Origin: the human T2T-CHM13v2.0 reference genome, Homo sapiens
DNA: 64,000 bases
NCBI GenBank assembly: GCA_009914755.4
Contig: CP068257.2
Span: 6,528,001 to 6,592,000 of the forward strand
Reading direction: 5' to 3'
Part shown: in pieces, positions 42,956-57,961 of the stretch
How the letters are laid out: every line of letters starts with the position of its first letter
Position numbering within the stretch: the first letter of the stretch is position 1
Translations under genes and position numbers: made by a program
The notes under the pieces: generated by a model
Told to the model about the DNA's origin: nothing
Seen by the model: only the letters and a program-made list of their open reading frames with translations
Database searches by the model: none

Positions 42956-45419
42956 ATTTAAAGGGACATTTCCTATCTTATTTTATGAACCCAGTATTGC
43001 CGATTCCAAATCGAGACAAAGGCATTATACAACTTTGATGTTTATCCCTCATAAACATAGACTCAAAAGTCCTTAAAACATAATAACCAATTGAATGTAG
43101 CAGTACATAGAATGGATAATAAACTGTGAACAAATTAAATTTCTAGCAAGATTGCAAAGTTAATTTATTATTTGAAAGATCAGTTTAATCAATTTTATTC
43201 ACCTGGATGGTTACATCTGGCAAAACTCAGCAAACTGTGCACTTTAAAATAGTATTTATTTTATGTAAATTATGTTTCAATACAATTGATTTTTTAAGAA
43301 AAAAAAACGTTTCCCAGAGTGATCAAAGTGGAGGGCAGGGAACAGTAAACATCAGTGCTTATGTTATAGCTACTAGAAGCCTCCCAATTCCAACGACATG
43401 CTTTCAAGCAGGTCTGATCCTTCCCCTGGAGGATACCTCTGACCCAGGTGTGCTACAAATGTATTGCCCCTAGTTGCTTCTGTCACCTTAGTGATGGAAG
43501 TGACAAGAGGGTACTGGAGAAAGAAAAGGTGTACAAGGTTCCAAATGTACATTCTATTTCCAAAGGACATTTGTGAAGCCAGTGGAAAGCGAACAAACAA
43601 GCTGCTAAATAAGTCACAAGTGTGTTCTCGTACAGTTTTGCGATTAACTAAATAGGACATTCAACAGATAAAATTTGTTTTACATAGTTACTCCTCTAAC
43701 AGGATGAAGTTGTGGATTGTGAGATAGGGCTGATATAACCTGTTTTCTCTCTGCCTCTTTTTTTTCCCCCAAGTTTTGTGTGCAATACATTAGGAAAAAT
43801 ATAATTGGGCTACAAAGCTACAAAAATGGCTTCCTGGAAGTTCCATGCTTGTTTCCATGTGGTGCCTATGTTAGGCACTGTGTTCTCATTTGCACTTTCC
43901 TACTTGATTAGTTAATGTATGAAGGACAAGCCTGATCTCTACTGTGAATTTTTACCAAGGTATTCTAGTAGAAAAATGAGTATGTAATGGTGCTGTGGAA
44001 TGCTAAAGTGTGTAAAACATTAAGAATCTAAAAATATGCTCATTTCCAAGTTTTGTCCCAGAGCAACTGTGCACTCTGATTATATCGCTACTGCTATTTA
44101 AAGTTATCCATTTGCATGTCTAAAAAATAGATTCATACTGATTGTCCCATTTTGATCTCAAAAAACTCCTGAATATGAGAGTCGTGATCAAGGGACGCTT
44201 CATGAAATGTTCCAAAGTTAAAGTGTGCAATGAAACCAGATTTATCATAGCCTTATTTAAAATAATTATTTCTAAAATTGTTATTGTTTAATTATAAACG
44301 GTATCCTTTCAGGATACTTGGAAGATCCATAGCAGTGTTTTTATTTTCACAGAACAAGCATAAATTATTTATGAAATAATAACTCAGATACAGAGATTAC
44401 TTCCTATTGGCCTTACATATGAATATAAATAAATACATATTATGAACATGAGCATACTTATTTTATAATTATGTAAACGCGTGTGTAATGTTATATATAA
44501 GTTCAATAAAGTCATGCTTATACATGGTTTCAATTCATGCTTCTAAAAACCACTCAATGTAGTCATTATCATATGTTAATAAATAATCTCTGAAAATGTG
44601 CTTCTAGTAGTTGCACAATATCCCATCATAAAGATTGTCATGCTGTTTTTAAGTCATACTTTTGGGTATATAAGTTATATCTGATATTTTTCTGCTACAT
44701 ATATACTATTATAAATCTATTAGTAGCTGATTTTTTGTCAACACATATGATTGTTTCCTCACAATAGTACAAGAGTTGGTTGTAACTTTATTTCCTTCCA
44801 ACATTTATTTTAGGTTCAGCGGGTACATGTGCAGGTTTATTATACGGGTAAAATGTGTGTCAATGGGATTTGGTATACAGATTACGTAGTCATCCAGGTA
44901 GCGAACGTAGTATCTAATAGGGAGTTTTTTGATCCTCACTCTCCCCCGACCCTCCACCCACAGTAGACCTTGTGTCTATTTTTCCCTTCTCTGTGTCCAT
45001 GTGGACTCAATGTTTAGCCCCCACTTATAAGTGAGAACATGCAGTGTTTGTGTGGTTTTCTGTTCCTGCATTAATTCACTTAGAATAATGGTATCCAGCT
45101 CCAATCATGTTGCTGCAAAAGACATTATTTCATCCTATGTTATAGGTGTGTAGTATTCCATGGTGTATGTACGCTGCATTTTTTTAATCCAGTCTTCTGT
45201 TAACAGGCATCTAAGTTGATTCCGTGTCTTTGCTATTGTGAATAGTGTTATAATGAAAATATGCGTACATATGTCTATGACAGAATGATTTATATTCCTT
45301 TGGGTATATACCCAATAATGGGATTGCTGGGTTGAATGGTAGTTCTGTTTTAAGTTATTTCAGAAATCTCCAAACTGCTTTCCACAATGGCTGAACAAAT
45401 TTACATTCCTGACGAAACT

Positions 45420-46140
45420 GGAGACTTCCCTGACTCCCCTTGGCAGGATGTGCAACAGGGGTGTGGCTTGTCTGGCCACGGTGTGTGCTGTCAAACCCCT
45501 TACTGGTCTGGGAAGCATGCAGACAGGCAGGTGCAATAGGCAGGGCAAGTGGCCATGGTACTGTCTACGGGTGGGTTCCTGCGACTCCCACAGCCCAAGT
45601 GGGCATGTGTTACAGTGCACTCTTTTAGCTTTGCCATCCACAGACGGCTTAAGTGTTAACCTGTTCAGTGCCCTCTTGGTACCCAGTTCCTTGTCCAGCA
45701 TCCAGAAAGAATTAAGTTGCACACAGACTTGAGGATGGTGAATGTGGGGGTTTTATTGAGTGGTGGAGGTGGCACTCAATGGGATGGATGGGAAGCTGGA
45801 AAGGGGATGGAATGGGAAGATGATCTTCCCCAGGAGCTTTGCCATCCAGAGGCTGATCTCTCCAACCACTGCCAGCCAAACTCCTCTTGGCATTCAGATG
45901 CTCCTTCTCTTCTTTCTGCCACATCATTCTGCAATTCTGCTCTTCTGTTCATCTCCTCATCTGCTTGTCTGCTTCTGGAGCCTGGGGTCTGGGGCATATA
46001 TGGGTACAGGACAGGGGGTGCATGGTGAGCTGAAAGACAACTTTTGGGTGCAAAAGCAGGAATGCCTGTTCCCATTTAGGGCCATGGGTTTCCAGGCTTG
46101 TGGGCAGGGCTTTGCCAGGGAACCACTCTCTTCTACCCAG
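45420..46140. mobile_element. Non-L1 insertion (~720 bp) nested in the L1; possibly a solo LTR or other interspersed repeat
   Basis: L1 homology breaks at 45420 and resumes at 46140. The insert has no L1, Alu or ORF similarity. Confidence 0.35.
45630..45745 (+). repeat. ~115-bp element, copy 1 (atccacagacggcttaagtgttaacctgttcagtgccctcttggtacccag…gaggatggtgaatgtggggg)
   Basis: About 92% identical to 46362-46472, where the second copy sits as a clean insertion inside contiguous L1 sequence. Confidence 0.55.
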
Positions 46141-46361
46141 TATTTCCCTGTCTCCTTTCTATATCACCACCAGCAGTGTATAAGCATTCCCTTTTTTCCA
46201 CAAACTCGGCACCGTCTGTTATGTTTTGATTTTTTAATTATAGCCATTCTGACCGGTGTGATATGGTATCTCATGGTTCTGATTTTCTGATGATTAGTGA
46301 TGTTGAGTATTTTTTCATATGGTTGTTTGCCATACATACGTTGTCTTTTGAAAAAAGAATC

Positions 46362-46472
46362 CACAGACGGCTTAAGTGTTAACCCGTTCAGTGCCCTCTT
46401 GGTACCCAAGTCCTTGTCCAGCATCCAGAAAGAAGTTGCACATGGACTTGAGGATGGTGAATGTGGGGGTTC
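46362..46472 (+). repeat. ~115-bp element, copy 2; cleanly interrupts L1 ORF2 sequence
   Basis: L1 reads …gttgtcttttgaaaaaag | insert | atgttctttgcctatttgtagtggg…, which matches the L1 consensus once the insert is removed. Confidence 0.55.
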
Positions 46473-46834
46473 ATGTTCTTTGCCTATTTGTAGTGGGTTT
46501 GTTTTTTGTTTATTGATTCTTTATACATGCTAAGTATTAGACCTTTTTCAGATATGTAATTTGAAAATATTTTCTTCTGTTCTGTAGGGTGTTCTCTGTT
46601 GATAGTTTCTTTTGCTGTGCTGAAGCTCTTTAGTTTCATTAGGTTCCACTTGTCAATTCTTCTTTTTGCAATTGCTTTTGGAATCTTCATCATGAAATAT
46701 TTGCCTGCGCCTATGTCCAGAATGATATTTCCTAAGTTTTCTTCTAGGGTTTATATAGTTTTGGGTCTTACATAAGTCCTTCATCCATCTTGAGTTGATT
46801 TTTGTATATGGTGAAAGGAAGGGAGTGTACATGC

Positions 46835-49800
46835 CCCTGTGATATTGTTCCTAATATCCAGGTTGGGAGAGGATATTATACTGAATATTGCAGGAAGTGT
46901 CGACCACCCTGAATGTTGCTTTTAATATCCGGGGAGAGAGGGTGATATTACTCCCAATATCATCCTCTCCCCCCACACCCTGCATAGTACAAGCAATATC
47001 AAAGGGGGTCTGTGCAACACGTGCAATATTGGGAGTAATATCCTCCCCCAACATGGATATTAGAAACAGTATCACAAGGGGTTGTACACCACCTGTGATA
47101 TTGGGGAGTACTATCATTTTCTTTCCCCATGGATATGTAGAACAATATCACAAAGGTGGTGTACAACCCCTGCTATATTGGGAGTAATACTGTACTTTCC
47201 CCACCTAGATATTAGGAACAATATCACAGGGGGTTATACACCACTGCAACATTGGGAGTAATATCATCCTTTCCCTCCCTGGATATTAGGAACAATAACT
47301 CATGGGTGTCTACACCCTGTTCCATATTGGGATTAATATTTTCTCCCTTGCTGGACATAAGGAACAATATAACGAGGGGTATACACTCCTTATGATATTG
47401 CCAGTAATATTATAGACTCCCCCCAGGGATATTAGAAAGAGTATCAGAGAGGGGTGTACATCCCCTGCGATATTGGGAATAATATTCTTTCTTTCCCTGG
47501 ATATTAGGAATAATATCACAAAGGGGTTGTATACCCCCTGTGATATTTTAATTAATATCATCTTCCCCACTGAATATTAGGAACAAATTCCCAGGGGGTT
47601 GTACACCACCTGCAATATGGACAGCTATATCATTGTCTCTCCCCCGAATATAAGGAACAATATCACAAGGGGGTTGTACAACCCCTGTGATATTGGGAGT
47701 AACTTTATACCCTTTCCACATGGATATTAGGAACAATATCACAGGGTGGTTGTACACCCACTGCGATATTGGGAGTAATATCATCCTCTACCCCCTGGGT
47801 ATTGTGAACAATATCATGGGGAGGGGGTGTATGCCCTCTGTGATATTGGGAGTAATATCATCCTGTCCCCTCTGGATATTAGGAATGATATCACAGCGGG
47901 GCTGTACCTTTTCTGCACTATTGGGAGTGGTATCACCCTCTCCCCCTATGGATATTAGGAACAATATCACAAAGGGGGTGTAGACATCCTGCGATATTGA
48001 GAGTAATATTGTCCACTCTTCCCCGAGATATTAGGAACAATATCACAGGCGGAGTGTACACCCCCTGCTATTTTACCTGTAATATTATTCTCTCCCAACC
48101 TGGATATTAGGAATAATATAACAGGAGGGGTTTACACCACCTGTGATATTGGGAGTAATATCATTCTCTCCCCCCATGGATATTGAGAACAATATCACAG
48201 GGGCGGTTTACACCTCCTGCGACATTTAGAGTAATATCATCCTTTTCCCCCATGGATATTAGGAACGATATCGCATGGGAAGTGTACACCCCCACCATAT
48301 TGGGAGTAATATTTTCTCCCTTGCTGGACATTAGGAACAATATCACGGGAATGCACACACCCTGCGATATTGCCAGTAATATCGTAGTCTCCTCCCAGGA
48401 TATTAGGAACAATATCACAAGGGGGGTGTACATGCCCTGTGATATTGGAAGTAATATCATCGACTCCCCCCACGGATATTAGTAACAATATCAGAAGGGG
48501 TGTACACCCCTTGCGATATTTATAGTACTATCATCCTATACCCCCTGGATATTAGGAACAATACCACGGGGGGTGTATACCCACTGTGATATTGGGAGTA
48601 ATTTCATCCTCTACCCCTTGGATGTTAGGAGCAGTATCACAAGGGGGGTGTGCACCCTCTGTGATATTAAAAATAATACCATTCTCTCCTTCTCTGGATA
48701 CTAGGAATAATATCACAGTGCTGGTGTGCACCCTTTACACTATTTGGAGCAATATCACCCTCTCCCCAACTTGATATTAGAGACAATATCATGGGGGGTG
48801 GCGTGTAACACCCTGCACTGTTGGGAGTACTATCATCTAGTCTTCCCCTGGATATAAGAAACAGTATCACAGAAGGGGTCTACACCTCCTGAGATTTTGG
48901 GAGTAATATCATCCTCTCCAAATCTGGATATTAAGAACAGTATAATGGGGTGTGGGGAGTAATATGGTGGGAGTAATACAATCCTCCTCCCCACTTGCTA
49001 TTAGGAACAATATCGCAAAACGTGTGTACACCCACTGTGACATTTGGAGTAATATCAACATTTCCCCACCTGGTATCACGGGGAGAGTGTACACTCCTTA
49101 CGATATTGGAAGTATCATTGTCTCTCACTCTCGATATTAGGAAAAATAGCACAGGGTGTGTATACACTTCCTGTGATTTTGGGAAGAACATCATACCCTT
49201 CTGTCTTTGATATTAGGAACAATATCACAGAGGGGGTGTACAACTTCTGTGATATTATAATATTCTTACTTCCCATGGGTATTAGGAATGATATCCCGGG
49301 GGGCTTGTTGTACACCCCCTGTGATACGGACAGTAATATCATTGTCCTTCCCCCTACATATTAGAAACAATATCACAAGGGTGGTATACACCCCCTGGAT
49401 ATTAGAAACTATCACAGGGGGGCTGTACAACCTCTTTGATACTGTGAGTAATACCATTGTCTCCCCTCCTGGGTATTAATAACAATATCATAGGGTGGGT
49501 GTACACTCCCTGCAATATTGGGAATAATATCATCCTCTCTTCCCAGGGATATTAGGAACGTTATCACAGGTGGGGTTTACACCCCCTGCAATTTTGTCAG
49601 TAATATTACTTCTGGATGTTATTGAATATATCACAGTGGGGGTGTACACCCCTGTGATATGGGGAGTAATAGCATCCTCTTTCCCACTGGATACTACAAA
49701 CAATATCGCAGATTGTGTACAACCTCCTGTGATATTGTTCACAATATTTAGGGAAGGAGAGGATGATATTACTCCACATATCGCAGGGAGTGTTACATCC

Positions 49801-50690
49801 CCTGTAATATTGTTCATAATATTTAGAAGATGACAGGATGATATTACTCCAAATATAGTAGGAAGTATACACTCCCCTGTGATACTGTTCATAATTTTTA
49901 GGGGATTAGAGGATGATATTACTTCCAATATCACAGGGAGTGTACACTGGTGATATTGTTTATAATTTTCAGTGGATTAGAAGATATTATCCCGAATATC
50001 ACAGGGGTTGTACACCCCAAGTGATATTGTTAATATCCAGTGGGAAAGAGGATGATATTACTCCCCATATCACGGGGGATGTAAACCCGTTTGTGGTATT
50101 GTCACTTACATCCGGGGGGGAGAGGATGATATTACTCTGCATATCATAGAGGGTGCACACGGCTGTAATGTTGTCCATAATAACATCCAGAGGGGAAGAG
50201 AATATTATTCCCATGTTTCAGAAGGTGTACACACCCCTGTGATAGTCTCTGTAACATTTAGGGAAGAAGGGGATGATACTACTCCAGATATTGCAGGGGG
50301 TGTACATCCCCCTGTGATACTGTTCGTAAAGTTTAGGGGGAAGAGGATGATATTACTCCCCATATCGAAGGGATTGTACATCTCCCTATATATTGTCCAT
50401 AACATGCAGGGCAGGAGAGGATATTACTACTCCCCATATCACAAGGGGGTGGACACCCCCCTCTAAATATGTCTAACATCCAGGCGGGGACAGGAGGATA
50501 TTTTTCCCCATAACCCAGAGAAAGTAAACCTCCTGTGATATTGTCCATAACATCCAGTGGGGAGAGGATGATATCACTCCCCATATTGCAGGGGGTGCAC
50601 ACTCCACTCTGATATTGGCCATAATATCCGGGGGGGTGAAGTATGAAGTCACTACACATATCGCAGGGATTATTAGTATCAGATTGTTTG
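46835..50690. repeat. Satellite array, ~75-bp monomer, about 50 copies. Each monomer holds a 32-bp perfect palindrome; array orientation switches at about 46975 and 49745
   Basis: Monomer ctggatattaggaacaatatcacagggggtgtacaccccctgtgatattgggagtaatatcatcctctcccc. The core ATATCACAGGGGGTGTACACCCCCTGTGATAT is its own reverse complement. The C-rich spacer (tctcccc) faces one way in 46975-49745 and the other way (ggggagagg) in 46835-46975 and 49745-50690. Confidence 0.85.
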
Positions 50691-51554
50691 AAGGGTTCAC
50701 AGTAAGGATAGTAGTAGGGCGAGTTCTAACTCAAATAGGGGAAATGTGATGGCTACTAGAAAGAATTTTATGGAGAAGGGAATGTGGGCAGAGGATAGAG
50801 GGTCAAATCTGCATTCATAAGGGCTAGATTTTTCTATATATATTTATTTTATACATATATATATTTTTCTCTCTCTCTACATATATATATATTAAGTTGT
50901 GGGAGCCAAAATGTAATAATTATTAGTAAAAGGGCTAATAGGGTGTTGATTACTAGGGTTAATGTTAGGTGAATTACTGTTTTTCGGATGCTATCAAAAC
51001 TTTGGAAATCATGGTACTATTTATACTAAAAGAGTAAGTTCCTCATCAATAAATAGAAACATACAAGAATAGTCATACTATATCTACAAAGTGTCGATAT
51101 CAGGCAGCGGCTTCAAAGGCAAAGTGATGACTAGATGTAAAGTGGTATTTTAATTGGCGGAGAAGGCAGACTGAGGAATGTTGATCCAATAATGATGTGA
51201 ATTCTGTGAAAGCCTGTAGCTATAAAAAAATGTTGAGCCATAAATACCATCAGAAATAGCAAAGAGAGCTTTGAAGTATTCTGAGACTTGTAGGAGGGTG
51301 AAGTAAATATCTAATATAATTGTAACAAGTAGTGCTTGGATTGTATGTTTTTGATTATTTTTTTGTTAGGCTGTGATGGGCTCAAGTAATTGAAACTCCT
51401 GATGCAAGTAATACAGATGGATTCAGGAGAGGTACTTCCAGGGGGTCAAGGGGAGAAATACCTGTTGGGGGTCAATGCCCTCCTAATTCTGGAGTAGGGG
51501 CTAGGCTAGAATGGTAGAATGCTCAAAAGAATCCAGCGAAGAGGAATATTTCTG

Positions 51555-51715
51555 AGCCACCATGCCCGGGTAATTTAAAAAATTTTTTTTTCTAGAGATG
51601 GGGGTCTCACTATGTTGCTCTGGCTGATCTCAAATTCCTGGCCTCAAGTGATCTTTCTGCCACAGCTTTTTAAAGTGATGGGATTACAGTCATGAGCCAC
51701 CATGCCTAGTATAGA
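51555..51715 (-). mobile_element. Partial Alu (antisense, left-monomer portion)
   Basis: gagatgggggtctcactatgttgctctggctgatctcaaattcctggcctcaagtgatc…gggattacagtcatgagccaccatgcc. Confidence 0.6.
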
Positions 51716-52057
51716 GTGTAATATTAATTTCAAAGTCTTATTCCTAGAGCCATGTATTGACTTTGGCCTAAATAACTCAATATGATATCTCGGAAACTTT
51801 TTTTTACATATTGTGGGGAATGATAATGAGGGAAGGGTATTAGACACTTTTTACTAGGAGATAACTTTGTGCCATTTAAGGAGGAACAAAAATAAATTAT
51901 CAGAAAAATAAAAGTAAGATGAAGTACAAAAGTTCTGTGGCAAAGATGATGATAGTAAAGAATATATTTTTATGACTCATGGTAGCTTTAACATTGTTCT
52001 TAAAATTCTGAGTAATTTAAGGGTTCACATTTGAAGAATCTGATGCATTACTGATAA

Positions 52058-52582
<525 letters not shown>

Positions 52583-53045
52583 TAGAAAAAAATGGCATCT
52601 GTTTTTTCTTTTAAATATTTAAATTTCCATTATTATTATGAGAAAATCAATCTTTCAGAGTAATGATTCTCATTATGGAGTCATTTGATGATTAAGACCA
52701 GTTGGCATAGGAAAAAATTGTGATTTAGAAATTATGTGATACTTTTGAATTGGTGTTAAGCTACATTGTTCATTGATCACTTTTTCAAATTATGAATGGA
52801 TTCTATTACTTTTTATATGACCAGATTACATTAATACTAACATAATTATGATTTCAAATTTTTATAAATCAGACTTAATTCTGAATTCAGTTATTAGTTT
52901 TGATATTGCTGAAATATTTTAAGCTTCAGCTTCTTTTTTAACATATTCAGAAATGCTCTTTGAATCACTGACTCAAAATGAAAGGCAACAAACATATAAT
53001 AATTATGTTATTGTTTTAAAAGTGTATTATTTTCCTTTGTTTTAG

Positions 53046-53258
<213 letters not shown>

Positions 53259-54529
53259 TAAGTCAAAACATACACTCAGAGAATGAATTAAGCTCATTAA
53301 TTTGTTTCAAAAGCATAATTATTAGTGAGATGGCTTCAGGATATTAGTAGGAAGTGAATGTTAATTTGACAATGTAATTTTGAAAAACAATGTTAGTAAA
53401 TAATCTTACCTTTTAATGTTAGTCAAAGATAGTTTTTGTCTCTCCTCTCATTTTTTTTGTTTGTTTTTGTATGGCTTTTTCCCCTGAAAAGTCTCATGTA
53501 ATTAAACTGATCTGTTAGTTTTTTTCACTATGTATTTTTGAAGCTTTATAATTAATGAAGTGATCCTGTTATAAAATTACTTGTCAGAATTTCCCTAAAT
53601 AGAAATATTAATGAGTTTAATTTCTTTTTCAGTGTATCACAACCTAAATGAAAAGTGGTACTGCTACTTTGGGCACAATCGTTTTTGATTGTGATCTTTA
53701 GTATTACCATCAGAGGGTGCCTCAAGAAAGACTATTTGTGTAACATATTCAAGATGTTACAGAAAGGCATCCTTGTGAAATAAGGAATAATTATCACAGG
53801 AATTTAAAGAAGGGTAATTCACAAAGCGGTTAAAAAATAACACCTTGTTCAGCCTGAAGGAGTGTGTGGAAGGCAGAAAGAACATGCCCCACCTCCTGGG
53901 CCTTGGTCACAGTGTTGGGGGCTAATTGCCTTCAGAGATGCTTTAGTTCTTTTTGATCACCAACCAGACAATCTAGTTCTCCCCTAGGAGTTGTTGCTCT
54001 GAATTATTCTTCAGTGCCAAATGTTTAATTGGTTCTAGATAATGGGTGAAATGTACAAGGGTGAAATCTAAAACTGGTTTACTAAACACAAGTACTCCTA
54101 GATTTTTTTAATTCATTTTAGTTTTCTTAACCTACATTAAGGAGTACAACATGATGTTTTGATATAATTATTTCTAGTGAAGTGGTTCTTATAATCAAGC
54201 AAATCAACATATTCATTTTCCCACATTATTGCCCTTTAAATACAAGTATTTCTAATGGAATCTTCAGAATCTTACAAGTAGAGCCATTTTAGAAGGCAGC
54301 AAATTTTGCCTGATGAGCCATACACCACTGATAGCCATTTCTCTTCCCTGTCTACTTTGTTTGAACTGCTTGTTCAGTGTAAATCACCTTAGAAACAAAG
54401 GTGCTTCTTTAGAATGATTTTAAAATTATAATTCCTTACAACAGGTATGCTCTTACACATCTTCGGTGTGAAAACACTATTTAGTGGGTAATTTGGTTTA
54501 CTCTCAGGGCAACACTTTAAATGTAATGA

Positions 54530-54691
<162 letters not shown>

Positions 54692-54694
54692 TGA

Positions 54695-54844
<150 letters not shown>

Positions 54845-55138
54845 TAGGGTTTCATTTCTCTAGCGTAATTCTTGTTTATAATTTGGTGAAATACTGAGTT
54901 GTTCTGTTGACTTTTGCATGTGAAGTAAAGATCATAATTAGCTGTGTTAACACAGAAAGGAAATGGGAATTTTACATTTTTTAATTCCCTGGAGCCCTCA
55001 TTTTCAAGAGATATACATTTGCTAACTTTATTCAATAAATGTGACTAAACTGACACATTTAAAATGTTTTTAAATCTGCATTTAAGTTAGGTTTTAGAAA
55101 TTACATGTTATTGCCTGATAACTGATGATATACTTTGA

Positions 55139-55495
<357 letters not shown>

Positions 55496-55517
55496 ACTTT
55501 TAAAGTTTCTTTGCACT

Positions 55518-55830
55518 GGCCAGGTGCTGTGGCTCATGCCTGTAATCCCAGCACTTTGGGAGGCTGAGGCAGATGTATCACGAGGTCAGGAGTTCAAGAT
55601 CAGCCTGGCCAAGATGGTGAAACTCCATCTCTACTAAAAGTACAAAAAAAATTAGTCTGCTGTGGTGGTGGGCACCTGTAATCCCAGCTACTAGGAAGGC
55701 TGAGGCAGAGAATTTCTTGAACCTGGGAGATGGAGGTTGCAGGAGCTGAGATTGCACCACTGCACTCCAGCCTGGGTGACAGGGCAAGATTCCGTCTTGA
55801 AAATAAAAAATTTAAAAAAAAGTTTATTTG
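55518..55830 (+). mobile_element. Alu SINE
   Basis: ggccaggtgctgtggctcatgcctgtaatcccagcactttgggaggctgagg…. Confidence 0.9.
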
Positions 55831-56000
55831 CACCATCTCAATTCTTCCCACCCATAATCACAACTGAATGATTGGCATCCAAACACTTTACCACATATGG
55901 ATGTTTATTATTTAGTAGAATCCAAAATAATTGCATTTTATTAATTAAACAAAACACTAAAATATTCAGTTCCATTTTTATGTTAAAAGCTTTGTGCTTG

Positions 56001-56300
56001 GCCAGGCACGGTGGCTCACACTTGTAATCCCAAAATTTGGGGAGGCCGAGGCAGGTGAATCACTTGAGGTCAGGAGTTTGAGAACAGCCTGGCCAACATG
56101 ATGAAACCTGTCTCCAGTAAACATACAAAAGTTAGCAAGGGGTGTTGGCAGGCATGTGTAATCTCAGATACTCAGGAGGCTGAGGCAGGAGAATCACTTG
56201 AACCCAGGAGACAGAGGTTGCAGTAAGCCAAGGTCATACCACTGCACTATAGCCTGGGTGATGGAGACTCCATCTCAAAAAAAATAAAAATAAAAAAATA
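56001..56300 (+). mobile_element. Alu SINE
   Basis: ggccaggcacggtggctcacacttgtaatcccaaaatttggggaggccgagg…. Confidence 0.9.
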
Positions 56301-56329
56301 AAAATGTTTGTGCTTTTCTTACATAAGAG

Positions 56330-57440
56330 TACATCTTCTGACTGTAAAAATCCTGGAAGAAAACCTAGGAAATTCTCCTCTAGACATCATATTTGTCAAT
56401 TAATTTATGGCTAAGTCCTCAAAAGCAATTGCAAGAATAACAAAAATTGACAAGTGTGATCCAATTTAGCTAAATAGCTTCTGCACAGCATGAGAAATTA
56501 TCACGGGATTAAACAGACAGACTAAAGAATGGAAGAAAATATTCACAAACTATGGATATAGCAAACGCCTATTATCCTATTATCCAGAATCCATAAGAGA
56601 CCTAAACAAATCAACAAGCAAAAAATAAATAACACCATGAAAAATGGGCAAAGGACATGAACAGATAGTTCTCAAAATAACAATTGTAGTGGCCAACAAA
56701 CATTAACAAATGCTTGCCGTTGCTAATTATCATAAAAATGACAAACAAAACATCAGTGAGATACCATTTCACACCAGTCACAATGACTTTTGTTAAAAAA
56801 AATAATAAATAAAAAAATAAAAAAAGATGTTGGGGAGGCTGTGGAGAAAAGTGAACACACACTGTTTGTGGCAAAGTTAATTAATTCAGCTATTCTGGAG
56901 AGCAGTTTGGAAATTAAGAAGTAAGAAAGACTGTTGGATACAGCAACCCCATTACTACACTAGAGGTATACCAGAAGGATAATAAATCATTGTAACAAAA
57001 AGATGCATACACATGTATGTTCACTGCAGCACTATTCACAATAACAAAGACGTGGAGTAAATCCAGGTGCATCCAAGGTACGTTGAAAATCCAAGATAGA
57101 TTGGAAAATTCCATATATACCATGGAATACTATGCAGCCATAAAAAGAACAAAATCACATCGTTTGCAGCAACAAGGATACAGCTGGAATCCACTCTCCT
57201 AAGCAAACCAACACAGAAATAGAAACCAAATATCTCATGTTTTCACTCACGTGGGAGCTACACATTGGGTGCACATTGTCATAAACACGGGAATAATAGA
57301 CACTGGAAAATAAGAACGGGGAGGGACAGAGTGGGCCAGGGTTGAAAAACTACTTCTTGGGTCCTATGCTCACTACCTGTGTGATGAGTTCAATTGTGCT
57401 GCAAACCTCGGCACCCCTAAATATGCCTTTGAAAGAAACC
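56330..57440 (+). mobile_element. L1 3'-end fragment (older L1P/L1M), sense
   Basis: …aaaatgggcaaaggacatgaacagatag… (KWAKDMNR), …gagataccatttcacaccagtc…, …ccatggaatactatgcagccataaaaag…, …tcactcacgtgggagctac…. Confidence 0.8.
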
Positions 57441-57586
57441 TACAGAGGTACCACGTTAATTTAGAATACAAACTAGAAAAAAAAGAGAAAAGTTTACTAT
57501 AAATAGAGAACAGAAATTTCTTTTTAAGATAAAATTTATTGAAGTAAAAAATGGGTTAAACTTTCATAAAGGGCAGAGTTTTCTAA

Positions 57587-57961
<375 letters not shown>

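Larger units (their letters stand above)
44820..46850 (-). mobile_element. L1 (L1PA-like) 3' end, antisense. Interrupted by nested insertions at 45420-46140 and 46360-46472, and truncated by the satellite at about 46850
   Basis: ttcagcgggtacatgtgcaggtttatta…ccacttataagtgagaacatgcagtgtttg…tattccatggtgtatgt… is antisense L1 3'UTR/ORF2. Resumes at 46140 (…tataagcattcccttttttccac…atagccattctgaccggtgtgatatggtatctcat…). Confidence 0.8.

Noticed and set aside
46835-50690. CRISPR-like appearance of the array (regular short repeats with palindromic cores)
   Set aside because: Eukaryotic, Alu/L1-rich context. The units are contiguous with no unique spacers. This is a satellite, not a CRISPR array.
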